DNA of 64,000 bases from Octopus vulgaris (lineage: Eukaryota): positions 21,080,001-21,144,000 of the forward strand of contig OX597822.1 of NCBI GenBank assembly GCA_951406725.2, written 5' to 3'. Made by a program: the position numbers and the translations under genes. The notes under the pieces are model-generated. The model saw only the letters and a program-made list of their open reading frames with translations. It was not told the DNA's origin and made no database searches. Positions 1 through 12,166 of this stretch are shown piece after piece. The first letter of the stretch is position 1. Each line of letters opens with the position of its first letter.

Positions 1-222
1 TGGTTGATAACTGAAACAATTGTAGGTGAAGATGTTAATTAATTAATGAATTAATTTGTATCCATTAGCTCTCTCTGTTTTCAAACTCAATAATGATATT
101 TGATATTTTCTGAGATATATATATATATATATATATATATACCAAAGGCCCTGTCATAGTGTTAAACAACTTAATGAATTAAGTCTATCATCTAAAAATA
201 ATTGCCTATATATAAGTGCCTG

Positions 223-267
<45 letters not shown>

Positions 268-1021
268 GTGTGCCTGTGTTTTACTAAACGGCTAAAATTT
301 TTTTGCAATTATGAAGTCCCCAGTTTTGATCTGTGTAGTACCTTCCGTAAACATCTACTGTAACCTTGAATTAGCCCGAGCATTGTGAGTAAATTTAATG
401 AGACAAAAACTGTGTGGGAATTCAGACAAAATGTTCCTGTTATATAAAGAGCATCAACTTCGACATACACAGAATTTTATGATCATGGCTGAAAATTATA
501 TGAAGGGAATTAGTGTATGGGAAATACTCACTCCCTTAGAACATTGCTTTATAAACTTCCTTCACAACTGATCTCACTCTACCAGACAAATTTCCTTGTG
601 ACCGTTTTTTTTTTAGTATTAAAAATTCAATAGATAATAAAATAATATAATCTATGTTTGTGATAGATGACTATTAGAAATAACCAATTAAAATTCAGAA
701 AATATAAAGCAATATAGATATGAGATGAAACTTTACTAAAAGCATAAAATGTATCATCAAAATATCTTCAGTGGGAGGAGTGTGTTTCTTTTTTTATCGT
801 TTATTGTAGCTTAAAATTTGTCAGTGATGCTTAGTGTGTGTGATCAAAAAGTTTGCTTTCCATGTATGTGATTTCGAGTTCAGCTCCACTGCATGGTACC
901 TTGGGCAAATATCTAATGTACAACTAGTAAATTTGGTTCACAGAAACTGCAAAAGTCCATTCTATCTATCTCTCTCTATATATATATATATGCATATGTA
1001 TACATGTATACATATACATGT

Positions 1022-1322
1022 GGAGGTGCAATGTCCCAGTGGTTAGGGCAATGGACTCGCGGTCGGAGGATCGCGGTTTCGATTCCCAGACCAGGCGTTG
1101 TGTGTGTTTATTGAGTGAAAATACCTAAAGCTCCACGAAGCTCCGGCAGGGGGTGGTGGTGACCCCTATTGTACTCTTTTGCCCCAACTTTCTCTCACAC
1201 TTTTTTCCTGTTTCTTGAGTAACACTGTGATGGTCTGGCATCCCGTCCAGCTGGGGGGAACACATATGCCACAGAAACTGGGAAACCAGGCCCATGAGCC
1301 TCGCTAGGCTTGAAAAGGGTGC
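1022..1322 (+). mobile_element. tRNA-derived SINE, family C
   Basis: A-box-like TGTCCCAGTGG and B-box-like GGTTTCGATTCC head; body homologous to 48470-48772, sharing GGCATCCCRTCCAG...GAAACTGGGAAA. Confidence 0.8.
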
Positions 1323-1537
1323 ATGAGCATGGCTGTTGCCAGTACCACCTAACTGGCCCTCATGCCGGTGGCATGTAAAAGCACCCACTACTCTCTCAGA
1401 GTGGTTGGCATTAGGAAGGGCATTGCTGTAGAAACTCTGCCAGATCAGATTGGAGTCTGGTGCAGCCATCAGGTTCGCCAGATCTCAGTCTAGCATGGAA
1501 AGCGGACGTTAAACGATGATGATGATGGTGATGATGA
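1323..1537 (+). mobile_element. RTE LINE 3'UTR terminus with (GAT)n tail
   Basis: Reverse complement of the 3' end of the RTE at 33546-36720; ends GGACGTTAAACGATGATGAT. Confidence 0.85.
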
Positions 1538-1540
1538 TAC

Positions 1541-1845
1541 ATTGTTTTATTTTGGGACGGTCATTTTATTTATTTACTTTTTGCCATATAAACACACACA
1601 CTATATATTTTTTTCCTTCACTTGTTTATTACTGGTATTTTATTATTCTAATGCCTGTCCACTGTCAGGACAGTGGACAGGTGTTAAAATAATATAATAA
1701 CAATAATAAACAAGTGAAGAAAAAATAGGGTGTGTGTTTATTTGGCAAAAAAATAATAGATAAAATGACCATCCTGAAATGCAACAATATCTGTTTCAAC
1801 ACACAATTTCACATCAAGAATCTTGCAAAGCAAATTCATAAACAC
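1541..1845. repeat. Fold-back remnant, probable PLE terminal-repeat fragment
   Basis: Imperfect inverted arms 1541-1666 and 1669-1788 (centre CCTGTCCACTGTC-ag-GACAGTGGACAGG); same family as 26076-26478. Confidence 0.7.
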
Positions 1846-2207
1846 ATATATATATATATATATATATATACTCTTTTACTCTTTACTCTTTTACTTGTTT
1901 CAGTCATTTGATTGTGGCCATGCTGGAGCACCACCTTTAAAACAGCTAAAAGAAGGAGGTGTCAAAAATGCTTATTTTTCTTAACTTGACATTCCATTTT
2001 AATGATCTGAAAATAAAGAAAAATTAAGTAATATTAGAAAAAAAAAACAAAATAGATTCCAAACTCTAAAAACGCAATAAATTCCAAAATTTAAAAAAAT
2101 GGCAGGAACTTAGTTGCCAACCCAATATATATGTGTATATATATATAGTTATGTATATATATGTATGTATATATACATTTACGCATGTATATGTATATGT
2201 GTGAGTG

Positions 2208-2238
<31 letters not shown>

Positions 2239-2343
2239 GTGTGTATATATATGTAATATAATCAAGGATAGAATTTTTTAAGAAAATTTTGTCTAATGTC
2301 TATTTTCAGCATATAGGCTAGAATTTTCCTATGTCCTTAATTA

Positions 2344-2950
<607 letters not shown>

Positions 2951-2963
2951 GTACATATATATT

Positions 2964-3163
2964 CTTTTATTTGTTTCAGTCATTTAATTGCAGCCATGCT
3001 AGAGCATCACCTTTTGTCAAACAAATTGACCCCAGCACTTATTCTTTGTATAAGCCCAGTACTTATTCTATCGGTCTCTTTTGCTGAACTACTAAGGTAC
3101 AGAGACGTAAACACACCAATGTCAGTTGTCAAGCAATGGTGGGGTACGAATACAGTCACACAA

Positions 3164-3218
<55 letters not shown>

Positions 3219-3372
3219 GGGCTTCTTGCAGTTTCCATCTATAAAATCCACTCACAAGGCTTTGGTCAGCCCGAGGATATAGTAGAAGACTCTTGCCCAA
3301 GGTGCCATGGAGTGGGACTGAACCCAGAACCATGTGGTTGGTAAGCAAGCTACTTACCACACAGCCACTCCT
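2964..3372 (-). mobile_element. tRNA-derived SINE, family A, with internal (TA)/(TG)n
   Basis: Reverse complement of 4834-5260; head AGGAGTGGCTGTGTGG...GGGTTCAGTCCC. Confidence 0.9.
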
Positions 3373-3899
3373 ATATATGTATGTAAGTATATATGCAATG
3401 TATGTATGTATATATATATGTTATGTATGCATATATATATATATGTAATGCATGTATGTGTGTATGCATGTATATATGTATGTATGCATGTTTGTATATA
3501 CATGTCTATATGTATGTATATATGAATATGTATGTCTGTATATGTGCTTACTTGTGTTCATATCAGTGTTCCAGTGTGAAAATTTACATACTGAGCTGAG
3601 CTGGAGGCAGTGTCATTTATCGATATTTTTTCAGACAACAGATCATTTAGTAACTCTGTGCTTTCAAAGGCCAGTGCTATGAAACTTTCCTTACTTCAAA
3701 ACAGGTAAGAGTTAACAGCAAGAAGGTCATCCAGCTGTAAATCAGCGCTTCAACAATATGTATTCATCTAAAACAAGCTAGCATAGGAAAACCGACATAA
3801 AATAAATGTACGTTCATAAGGGAATTTCTTTATTCTTAATAGTTGTACTGTGCTTCACCTTTATTACCATTAAAGCTGAAGCAGTAGATTCAGATAAAT

Positions 3900-4800
3900 A
3901 TGAGTGAGGAAATTATAAAACAGCTGCCATTACTAATTTATAGTGGTATTGGAAATTCTGATTCCACATTCAGCCAATAAAAAAGAATGCTGAAAATTCA
4001 AGTTTGAGATTTGAATCACACGATTGTGCTACAAATTCTTCTTGAACCTTCAAATAAAAATGTTTCACTTGTTCCATTGCTATACTGAAGGGAATTTATA
4101 ATTATTTATGTCTATGTTGAAAATATTTGCAGAACAATTTTTGTACACATACCAAATGCTTGAATTTGATCTATTTTTCAAATTACGTCAAATTTTTTTC
4201 ATAGACAAAATTCATTAATTCATTTCTAAATATAAAACTTTTCAATGTCCTTTTACAATGTTAAAATGTTTGTGTTTTCCTCTTGAAGGAACATAGTGAG
4301 TTTATCAAAACTTTGACAAATAGCATAATTTGCAAAGCCTAGTTTTGAATGAAAGAATTCTTTAAGATTTTAGCTCTTTCTGATTAACACAGTTTTACTT
4401 CAATTTCGAAGTCTATATGCTATCTCAAAATTTGTCTCTGAGGGCCATCACACTTTTGAATGTGATAAAACTTGGCTGAACTTGGATCTCATATCCTAGC
4501 ATTTTGAATTATCACATTTAATTCTGAGGAAATTATTTTAGTCATCTAAGATGAATCAAGCGATGAGCAAATGTAGAAGGTTTTTTGTTTCCAAATCCAT
4601 TTTCTAGAAAACAACTTCATCCATTGTACATGCAGCTAATGATTGACAAACAGTAAGTCCTCATACACACTTTTTTCATATCTGACAAATATCACTAGGG
4701 GAGTGGAGCTGAATTTATGAAGTCAGTTAGTTTGTCCAAATAAATCACAAAATTATTCCTTCATTTTTACTCTTTCTGTAAGTTTCACAAATTTGTTAAA
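3900..4800 (-). pseudogene. Highly decayed hAT (Buster/Charlie-like) transposase
   Basis: Manual minus-strand translation across frameshifts gives LDKLTDF, VIFVRYEKSVYEDLLF and VLSHSKV*WPS (cf. LDESTD, VRY...EDxLFC, HTEVRWLS); boundaries approximate. Confidence 0.6.
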
Positions 4801-4833
4801 ATTTATTTCTGCAGTTGCTATTTTTTTTTACAA

Positions 4834-5260
4834 GGTGTAGGAGTGGCTGTGTGGTAAGTTGGTTGCTTACCAACCACATGGTTCTGGGTTCAGTCCTACT
4901 GCATGGCACCTTGGGTAAGTGTCTTCTGCTATAGCCTCAGGCCAACCAAAGCCTTGTGAGTAGATTTGGTAGACGGAAACTGAAAGAAGCCCGTCATATA
5001 TATGTATGTGTGTGTGTGTGTGTGTGCGTGTGTGTGTGTGTGCGTGTGTGTGTGTGTTTGTGTGTCTGTGTTTGTCCCTCCAACATTGCTTGACAACCTA
5101 TGCTGGTGTGTTTATGTCACCGTAACTTAGTTGTTCGGCACAAGAGAGCAATAGAATAAGTACTAGGCTTACAAAGAATAAGTCCTGGGGTCGATTTGCT
5201 TGACTAAAGGCGGTGCTCCAGCATGGCTACAGTCAAATGACTGAAACAAGTAAAAGAGTA
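4834..5260 (+). mobile_element. tRNA-derived SINE, family A, full length
   Basis: A/B-box head, GGCACCTTGGGTAAGTGTC domain, internal (TG)n, 3' end CAAATGACTGAAACAAGTAAAAGAG; many copies in window. Confidence 0.92.
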
Positions 5261-5561
5261 AACCATTTAATCAGGTAATGAAAGGTTTCATATTTTAACC
5301 AAATAGATCTTTTCTGTTATAATTTCCATGATTCTAATTGCCACTGCCTACTCAAGCTCTCTGCCAAATGTATATTTTTGATTTTTAAGCTTTTGTAATT
5401 AAGTATGAAACTTTGTATGACACTCTTAAGTATTTTATCTAAGCCAAGGTATGTTTTTCAAAAAATTGTTTCTGCACATTCAAAGACTTCAGTTATCTTT
5501 AAATAAATGATAAAGATTTACCTGCATAGGCAGCATATTTGGGATTAAATGTCTTTTCCAG

Positions 5562-5840
5562 ATCATGGCCATTGCCAGCCTCGCCTGGCCTCCATGCCGG
5601 TGGCACGTAAAAAGCACCATCCAATTGTGGCTGTTTGCCAGCCTCGTCTGGTACCTGTGCCGGTGGCATGTAAAAAGCACCCACTACACTCACGGAGTGG
5701 TTGGCATTAGGAAGGGCATCCAGCTGTAGAAACACTGCCAGATCAGACTGAGCCTGGTGCAGCCTCCTGGCTTCCCAGACCCCAGTTGAACCGTCCAACC
5801 CATGCTAGCATGGAAAGTGGACACTAAACGATGATGATGA
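5562..5840 (+). mobile_element. RTE LINE 3'UTR fragment with (GAT)n tail
   Basis: Homologous to 33546-33800 reversed; two copies of the ~62-nt UTR repeat. Confidence 0.88.
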
Positions 5841-6472
5841 GGCTTCAAAGTTTCATTTGATAAATATTCATATAAAATTAAATGGCATGTGTTATGCTCT
5901 TCATGCCTAAGAGCAAAAATAAATTCATATAGCAAAACAGATCGAGTATATATGGACATGTTCCATTTCTACAGCTTCACTCACTTTTTGATTCACTTCA
6001 CTGTTGTTTTTTACCACGTTCATCTTTAACGCTTGTAACCATAGAGAAATATTCTTAATTCTATGTAATAATAACAAATTAGCTAATAGGTGCAGGCATG
6101 ACTGTGGTAAGGAGTTTGCTTCCCAACCACATAGTTCTAGTTTCAATCCCACCGTGTAGCACCCTGGGCAAGTGAAATGTCTTCAATTATATTTGGCTGA
6201 TGAAAATAAAATAAGCCCATTGTATATATGTGTGTGTGTACCCCAGTATGAAAAGCAAACATAAAATGATGATGACTTATTTATATTTTTTAATGAATTT
6301 AAAATTTAAACATTTAAAACCTAATTTCAATATTAAATTTTAAATTTGTCATATAAAGTTACTTTGGGATATGTAAAAAATTGTATTATCATTTGTTGAT
6401 TTTTATGAGTAAATTAAACACATTATTTACATTATTTACAGTTGACAGATATTTGTCCTCATCTTGTTTGTT

Positions 6473-6518
6473 AACACAATGTTTCGGCTGATATACCCTC
6501 CAGCCTTCATCAGGCATC
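6473..6518 (-). ncRNA. Minimal type I hammerhead ribozyme motif (PLE type)
   Basis: GATGC-CTGATGA-A-GGCTG-gagggtatat-CAGCC-GAAAC-ATT-GTGTT on minus strand. Confidence 0.75.
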
Positions 6519-6533
6519 TTGGGGAAATTTTGG

Positions 6534-6932
6534 ATAGTATTCAAAAGTAATACAACACTTCATAAATATCTCATTCAGGTAAAACCACCAATAGAAGAGA
6601 ATATGACCAAAGACTGCGTGTACTCCATCCCATGCAGCTGTGGTAGGTTATACAAAGGCAAAACATAGCATCCCCTCAAAATATGGGTAGAGGAACATTG
6701 CAAAGCTGTGACACAGGGAGATATTGATAAATCGGGTATAGCTGATCATGTATGGAAAAATGGAGACCACCTCCCCCTGTGGGATGAAGTTAAAATAATA
6801 GACAGAGAACACCACTGGAAAATATGAAAACTAAAAGAAGCAGCACACATGCTAGGACACAACAACTGCCTAAGTAGACCAAGCGCAGATATGAACAGCG
6901 TATGGGAACCGGTATTATGGAAGGATTTATAA
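6534..6932 (+). pseudogene. PLE GIY-YIG endonuclease remnant
   Basis: Translates ...KDCVYSIPCSCGRLYKGKT*HPLKIWVEEH...SGIADHVWKNGDHLPLWDEVKIIDREHHWKI*KLKEAAH...; two internal stops. Confidence 0.88.
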
Positions 6933-6961
6933 GCCCTAAAATACACTCCATAATTGCCCAT

Positions 6962-7032
6962 GGGCATATGGCATAGTGGTTAAGAGCACGGGCTACTAAC
7001 CCCAAGATTCAGAGTTTGATTCCAGGCAGTGG
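6962..7032 (+). promoter_or_regulatory. tRNA-like Pol III promoter head in PLE 3' region
   Basis: A box TGGCATAGTGG 6969-6979, anticodon-arm-like GGG-CTACTAA-CCC, B-box-like GAGTTTGATTCC 7012-7023. Confidence 0.75.
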
Positions 7033-7112
7033 TAAGGAGTACATACATAATAATACTAATACTAATAATGATAATAACAACATCGAAAAATACCTTAGGA
7101 ATGAGAACCCAA

Positions 7113-7158
7113 GACACCTGATGAAGGCTGGAAGGTATATCAGCTGAAACATTGTGTT
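7113..7158 (+). ncRNA. Minimal type I hammerhead ribozyme motif (PLE type)
   Basis: Stem I GACAC/GTGTT, core CTGATGA 7118-7124, stem II GGCTG/CAGCT, GAAAC 7146-7150. Confidence 0.75.
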
Positions 7159-8176
7159 AGCAACAAACAAGATGAGGACAAATATCCGTCAATTGTACAT
7201 AATGTAAATAATGGACTAAATAATGAACTAAATTGAACACATATCGCAATTAAATTATTTGACCTATATATATATCATATATATATAATATAAAAGCACA
7301 TATTGTTAACACCTTTCTCAAAACCACTTCTTTCTCTTAGACTGCTACAGAAAATATGGATGTAAGAGGAAAAAACATTTATAATTCCCTTTATCTTGTA
7401 CCACTACAAATATAGAACTCTACCAACGAAAGGGATATGGTAAGTCTGTGTATATAAACAATATGTAGACACTTTTAAAAATTCATATTTGCAGATTAAT
7501 AAATTCATACCGGGGAAAAGTAATGATTTTTCCATTGTTAAGTTTATATATATTCTTGCAATAATGCGCTTTTAGGTCACAGGTGACAGTGATAATGAAA
7601 AACAGAGTAAGATAAAGGAAATTGACATACATATTTTATAATCTGGTCATATCAAGATACAACAAATCAGCTTCACTTGTGTGAAATGTGTCTTGCTGAG
7701 ACAAGATGGAGTAACAGGACACAATGACTAATTTTGTTTTGGCTGGATTCTGAGTAGAAAGGAAAGGAATTGCTTGCTCTGGCTTCATTTTATAAAAAAA
7801 AAAGAGAAGAAAGATTTAAATTCCATTTATATAATCAGTGCAAGGCTGAGAGATGCTGTTTTTTCATTGATCCAATAAACTAGTAAAAATTGATGAATGA
7901 CCAGAATTTTATCTGGTACCTTGGGGGTCAATATACAATTAATAGTGGCCAAAGATAAGACAAGTTGCCAAATGCCATGAAATATAATAACAAATATGCT
8001 ACATATCATTATAAAATAAACAGGTTATTACACCAAATTAACAAAAATTAGTATTGGTAAAAATTATAGAAACGCTGTTTGTAAATTCCCACTTACAGCA
8101 TGTGTGTGTGTGAATACATTTTATGGTGATATTTTCTGTTACTGCATACACTAAATCATAAAGGGCTGTTGACCCT

Positions 8177-8229
8177 ATACATACACACATACATACATAC
8201 ATACATACATACATACATACATACATACA

Positions 8230-8260
<31 letters not shown>

Positions 8261-8280
8261 CTACATACATACATACATAC
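8177..8280. repeat. (CATA)n microsatellite
   Basis: Direct reading. Confidence 0.97.
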
Positions 8281-9399
8281 ATATTATCATCATGATCACA
8301 ATCATCATCATCATCATCATTAATATTTAATGCCCAGCATCGATGTTGGCATGAATTGCATAGTTCAACAGGAGAACTTGTGTCAAGTTGCAGCTCCTGC
8401 TTTAGCATGCTTTCTGTGGCCAGATACTCTTCTGAACTCCAACACCTTTACAGAGTGTACTGAGTACTCTTCTCATGCACCAGTTAAGTCACTATGAAAC
8501 TCACAAAATTAAGGAAACACTTTGAATGATGTCAGACAATAGTAGAGAGATGGGGCTGCTTTATGCTAGCTGTTGAGAAGTTAAAGTATGAAAAAAAGGG
8601 GAAAGAACAAGTTTCTTGCTCTTGAAGAGATAAATGGCTATCTCATATTATATAATGGTTGGTGGGAGTAATTATGATGGAACTGGAAAGTGAAATAAAG
8701 AGAGTTTGCCCTCAAGGTGGGAGAAGAAGATTAAAAGAGTGTAGGGAGAGAAAATCAAGAATGGTGGGTGGGTAGATGTTGAAATGGTGTGCAGGGAGAG
8801 TGAAAGATGGTCGGAGATAGATGGGGTAGGGGTAAATGCAGTGACTATTAAACAAGGGTGGATGGGTTGTTGAGAGTAAATATGAGCTGGAGGAAAGGTA
8901 AAGAAGAAGAGGTGATTTCTGGCAGTACAGAAAAGGTGAAGAGCATAATAATAATAATAAAATAATAATAGTAATAATAATATATAATAATAGTATATAT
9001 AGTAGAAAGATGAGAGATAAGCAGATAATTAGTGGAAATAAGTGGGTAAAAGCTACGAGAAAGTGTGAGAAGAGTGAGAGATGTATAGTAGTAAGGGTAG
9101 AAGATGGTCAGCGGTACATAGATGAGTCAATAGGAAGTGGTTCAAGGCAAAAGGATAATAAGATGGCAGCACAGAATGGTTGACCCCTGTAAAATATGAG
9201 TGGAAAAGAATAATGTTAAGAATAAGGGATGGATATGGTTCTTGGCAGTGTGAGAGATAACTTGTAACACAAAGAAGGATGATGAAATACATAGTCCTGC
9301 TCTCATTTATTTACAGCAGCAGAATACATCAGAAGTTAAAAGAGTGATGAAGGATGCATGATAGGGAGATGAAGCAGGGAGGGAGAAGGCTTGACAGAG

Positions 9400-9850
9400 G
9401 CAAGTTGCATGAGCTTCCCAGTTATGAGTCTCCAAAACCTCAGTTTTGGCCATCATGGGTGGGTCTTCATGCACATCATATAGTACTAGTTATTGTGGTC
9501 TATTGCTGTCCCATCTGTGATGCTTAAAACACGGAAATTAGCCTTCCTTCTTCATTTTATGTCTTCTTGGGTCTCCTTCTTCCACATGCTCAATTTAAAT
9601 CATACGATTAGCATTTCCATATTCAGCTACTCTCATCCATATGCCTCATTTGCCCATACCAGTGCAGTCTTCTCTCTCTTGCACACTACATCTGATTTGT
9701 TATATGCCTAGTTTTTCTCTTAACTTTTTTGTATATTGTTATTCATCCACACACATGTGTTGTACATCCAGTAGAGTATGCTTGCTTCATTTCTCTCTCA
9801 TCTTTGAAAAGTTCTGTATTTCCTGGCCCCATGTCTCACACGGTAGTGAA
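9400..9850 (-). mobile_element. Old RTE ORF C-terminal fragment
   Basis: Minus strand gives CETW...RNEASILYWMYN...RCSVQERRLHWYGQM, matching younger RTE copies. Confidence 0.65.
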
Positions 9851-10040
9851 AAATAGGTCTGGATCAATAAAAAGTTACAAAAGTGATTCAAGGGCTGAGA
9901 ATTTTATGCAGTAGTCAGTTTAATGAGTGAAATTGCTATGCATTGAATCACTTTTGTAACTTTCTACCAATGCTGCAGCTGGTATTCTCACCAGCTGCTG
10001 TTAGAACAATTTTCCTCCTCTTCTGATATATATTGTGCTG

Positions 10041-10073
<33 letters not shown>

Positions 10074-10590
10074 TATCATTGTTTAACGTCCGCTTTCCAT
10101 GCTAGCATGGGTTGGATGGTTCAACTGGGGTCTGGGAAGCCAGAAGGCTGCACCAGGCCCAGTCTGATCTGGCAGTGTTTCTACAGCTGGATGCCCTTTC
10201 TAACGCCAACCACTCCATGAGTGTAGTGGGTGCTTTTTACGTGCCACCGGCACAGGTGCCAGACGAGGCTGGCAAACGGCCACAATCGGATGGTGCATTT
10301 TACATGCCACCGGTACAGAGGCCACTCGTGGCGGCACTGGTAACGACCACATTCGGATGGTTCTCTTATGTGCCATCGGCACTGGTATCACAGCTGTAAT
10401 TTCCATTGATGTTGATCGATTTCGATTTTCATTTTCACTTGCCTCAACAGGTCTTCACAAGTAGGGTTTGTGTCACAAGAAGGAAAGGTATGCATAAGTG
10501 GGCTGGCTACGTCCCAGGTAGAGGCCACGGGTTATGGTCTCACTTGTCCTGCCGGGTCTTCCCATGCACAGCATACTTCCAAAGGTCTCG
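10041..10590 (-). mobile_element. 5'-truncated RTE (ORF end and complete 3'UTR)
   Basis: Homologous to 39893-40480; (CAT)n tail at 10041-10078; three UTR repeat units. Confidence 0.9.
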
Positions 10591-11154
10591 TTTCTGCTGC
10601 ATGTCCATGAAAAAATATTATCTCCAAATGAAAATCATAGTAAATTTGCTTTTCACAATGTATTTACATTAAGTTACATACATAACTATTTAACTATAGT
10701 ACTGCTTCTGTTGCACATAACAGACTAGTATTCAGCTGGGCAGCTATTCACAAAATTGGTGATTGTCTTCTTATATTGGTTGTAACATATTTTGTCTTAG
10801 CGTGTGGCTGATTGTCAGTACATGCTACTGACAACATCCAGCTAGGTAGGAATGGTGTATTGAACATTCTCAGAAGATGTTGCTTGACCGATTTTCATTT
10901 GCCTCTGATGTATACTGTATTTTTAAACACTACACACTCATAAGAGATATTATCTCTAGATGAATGGTGTAGTAAATTTGCTTTTTCTAATGTATTAACT
11001 TTAAATGTGATATATATATATATATAGGGAGAGTTTACAAAAAAAACAAAAGACGAAGACAGGTGGTGTACAAAACAAACAGATGTATTAGTATAACACT
11101 CAGGAATAGAAAAATTATTTTATGTTCAATCCTATGCTCTTCTACAGAAAGGGA

Positions 11155-11282
11155 CACAGAAAAAAAACAAGGAGAGAAACAAGGAGAGAAAAAAAGGAGA
11201 GAAATAAAGAAAGAAAAAAGGAGAGAAAAAACAAGGAGAGAAAAAAGGAGAGAAAAAACAAGGAGAGAAACAAGGAGAAAAA
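11155..11282. repeat. Purine-rich repeat (AAGGAGAGAAAA)n
   Basis: Direct reading; about seven imperfect units. Confidence 0.85.
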
Positions 11283-11797
11283 GTATATATATATTGTTTG
11301 AAGTGCTGTACCAATTTTATATATAAAGAAAAAGGAGGTAGTCAGGATTTGGGATTTTATATAAAAATTATTTATTTAACACTTTCATTTCTTTTAAAAG
11401 ATTCATCAGGAATGATTTATTTACAAGAAATTCATGCCTTATATATGTGAGTTAGGTAAAAAAAAAATCTGGAGCTGAAATGGGAAGAGGAAATTCTTTG
11501 TTATTTTGAATCTGTATGTGTGTGTGTATATATATCTGAGTATGTATGTGTATGTAAGTAAATGTGTGTGGTGAATTCTTAAAGGCTTGGATTAGAGAAG
11601 GAGAAGAAAAAGAAAGGGGTCTTTTTCTGAGTTGGTTGAAATTGCATTGTATTTTTCTCATCTAATTCATACATATAAAAGGCATGGATTTTCTGTATAT
11701 AAATCACTCATGATGACTCACTCAAAAGGGATGAAAGTGCTAAATAATAATTTTTATCCCAAATCCTGACTACCTCCTTTTTCTGAATATAAATATA

Positions 11798-11960
11798 GGC
11801 ACAGGTGTGGCTGTGTGGTAAGAAGCTTGCTTTCCAACCACATTGTTCTGGGTTCAGTCCCACAGCATGGCACATTGGGTAAGTGTCTACTACTATAGCC
11901 TTGGGCTCACCAAAGCCTTGTGAGTGGATTTGTAGATAGAAACTGAAAGAAGCCAATTGT
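11798..11960 (+). mobile_element. SINE family A, 5' half, followed by TA/TG microsatellite
   Basis: Matches 4834-4995. Confidence 0.85.
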
Positions 11961-12134
11961 ATATATATATTTGTATATATATATTTATGTATGTATTTAT
12001 ATATATATATGTATATATGTGTGTGTGTATGCATATATATGTGTGTATATATATATATATATGTGTGTATGTATACATATGTATATACATATATATATAT
12101 GTATGTATGTATACATATGTATATACGTACATAC

Positions 12135-12166
<32 letters not shown>

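Larger units (their letters stand above)
6421..7212 (+). mobile_element. Truncated Penelope-like element with inverted partial terminal repeat
   Basis: 6421-6524 is the reverse complement of ~7107-7212; GIY-YIG remnant lies between; hammerhead motif in both repeats. Confidence 0.88.

Noticed and set aside
5499-5798. Repeated MDGSTGVWEARR ORF family (also 10112, 39950)
   Set aside because: Antisense reading of the GC-rich RTE 3'UTR
6962-7032. Functional tRNA gene (also 1022 and 48470)
   Set aside because: No acceptor-stem closure or following T-run terminator; these are repeat heads
8690-9400. Purine-rich strand-biased tract
   Set aside because: Low complexity, probably the decayed UTR of the adjacent old RTE; no periodicity or ORF
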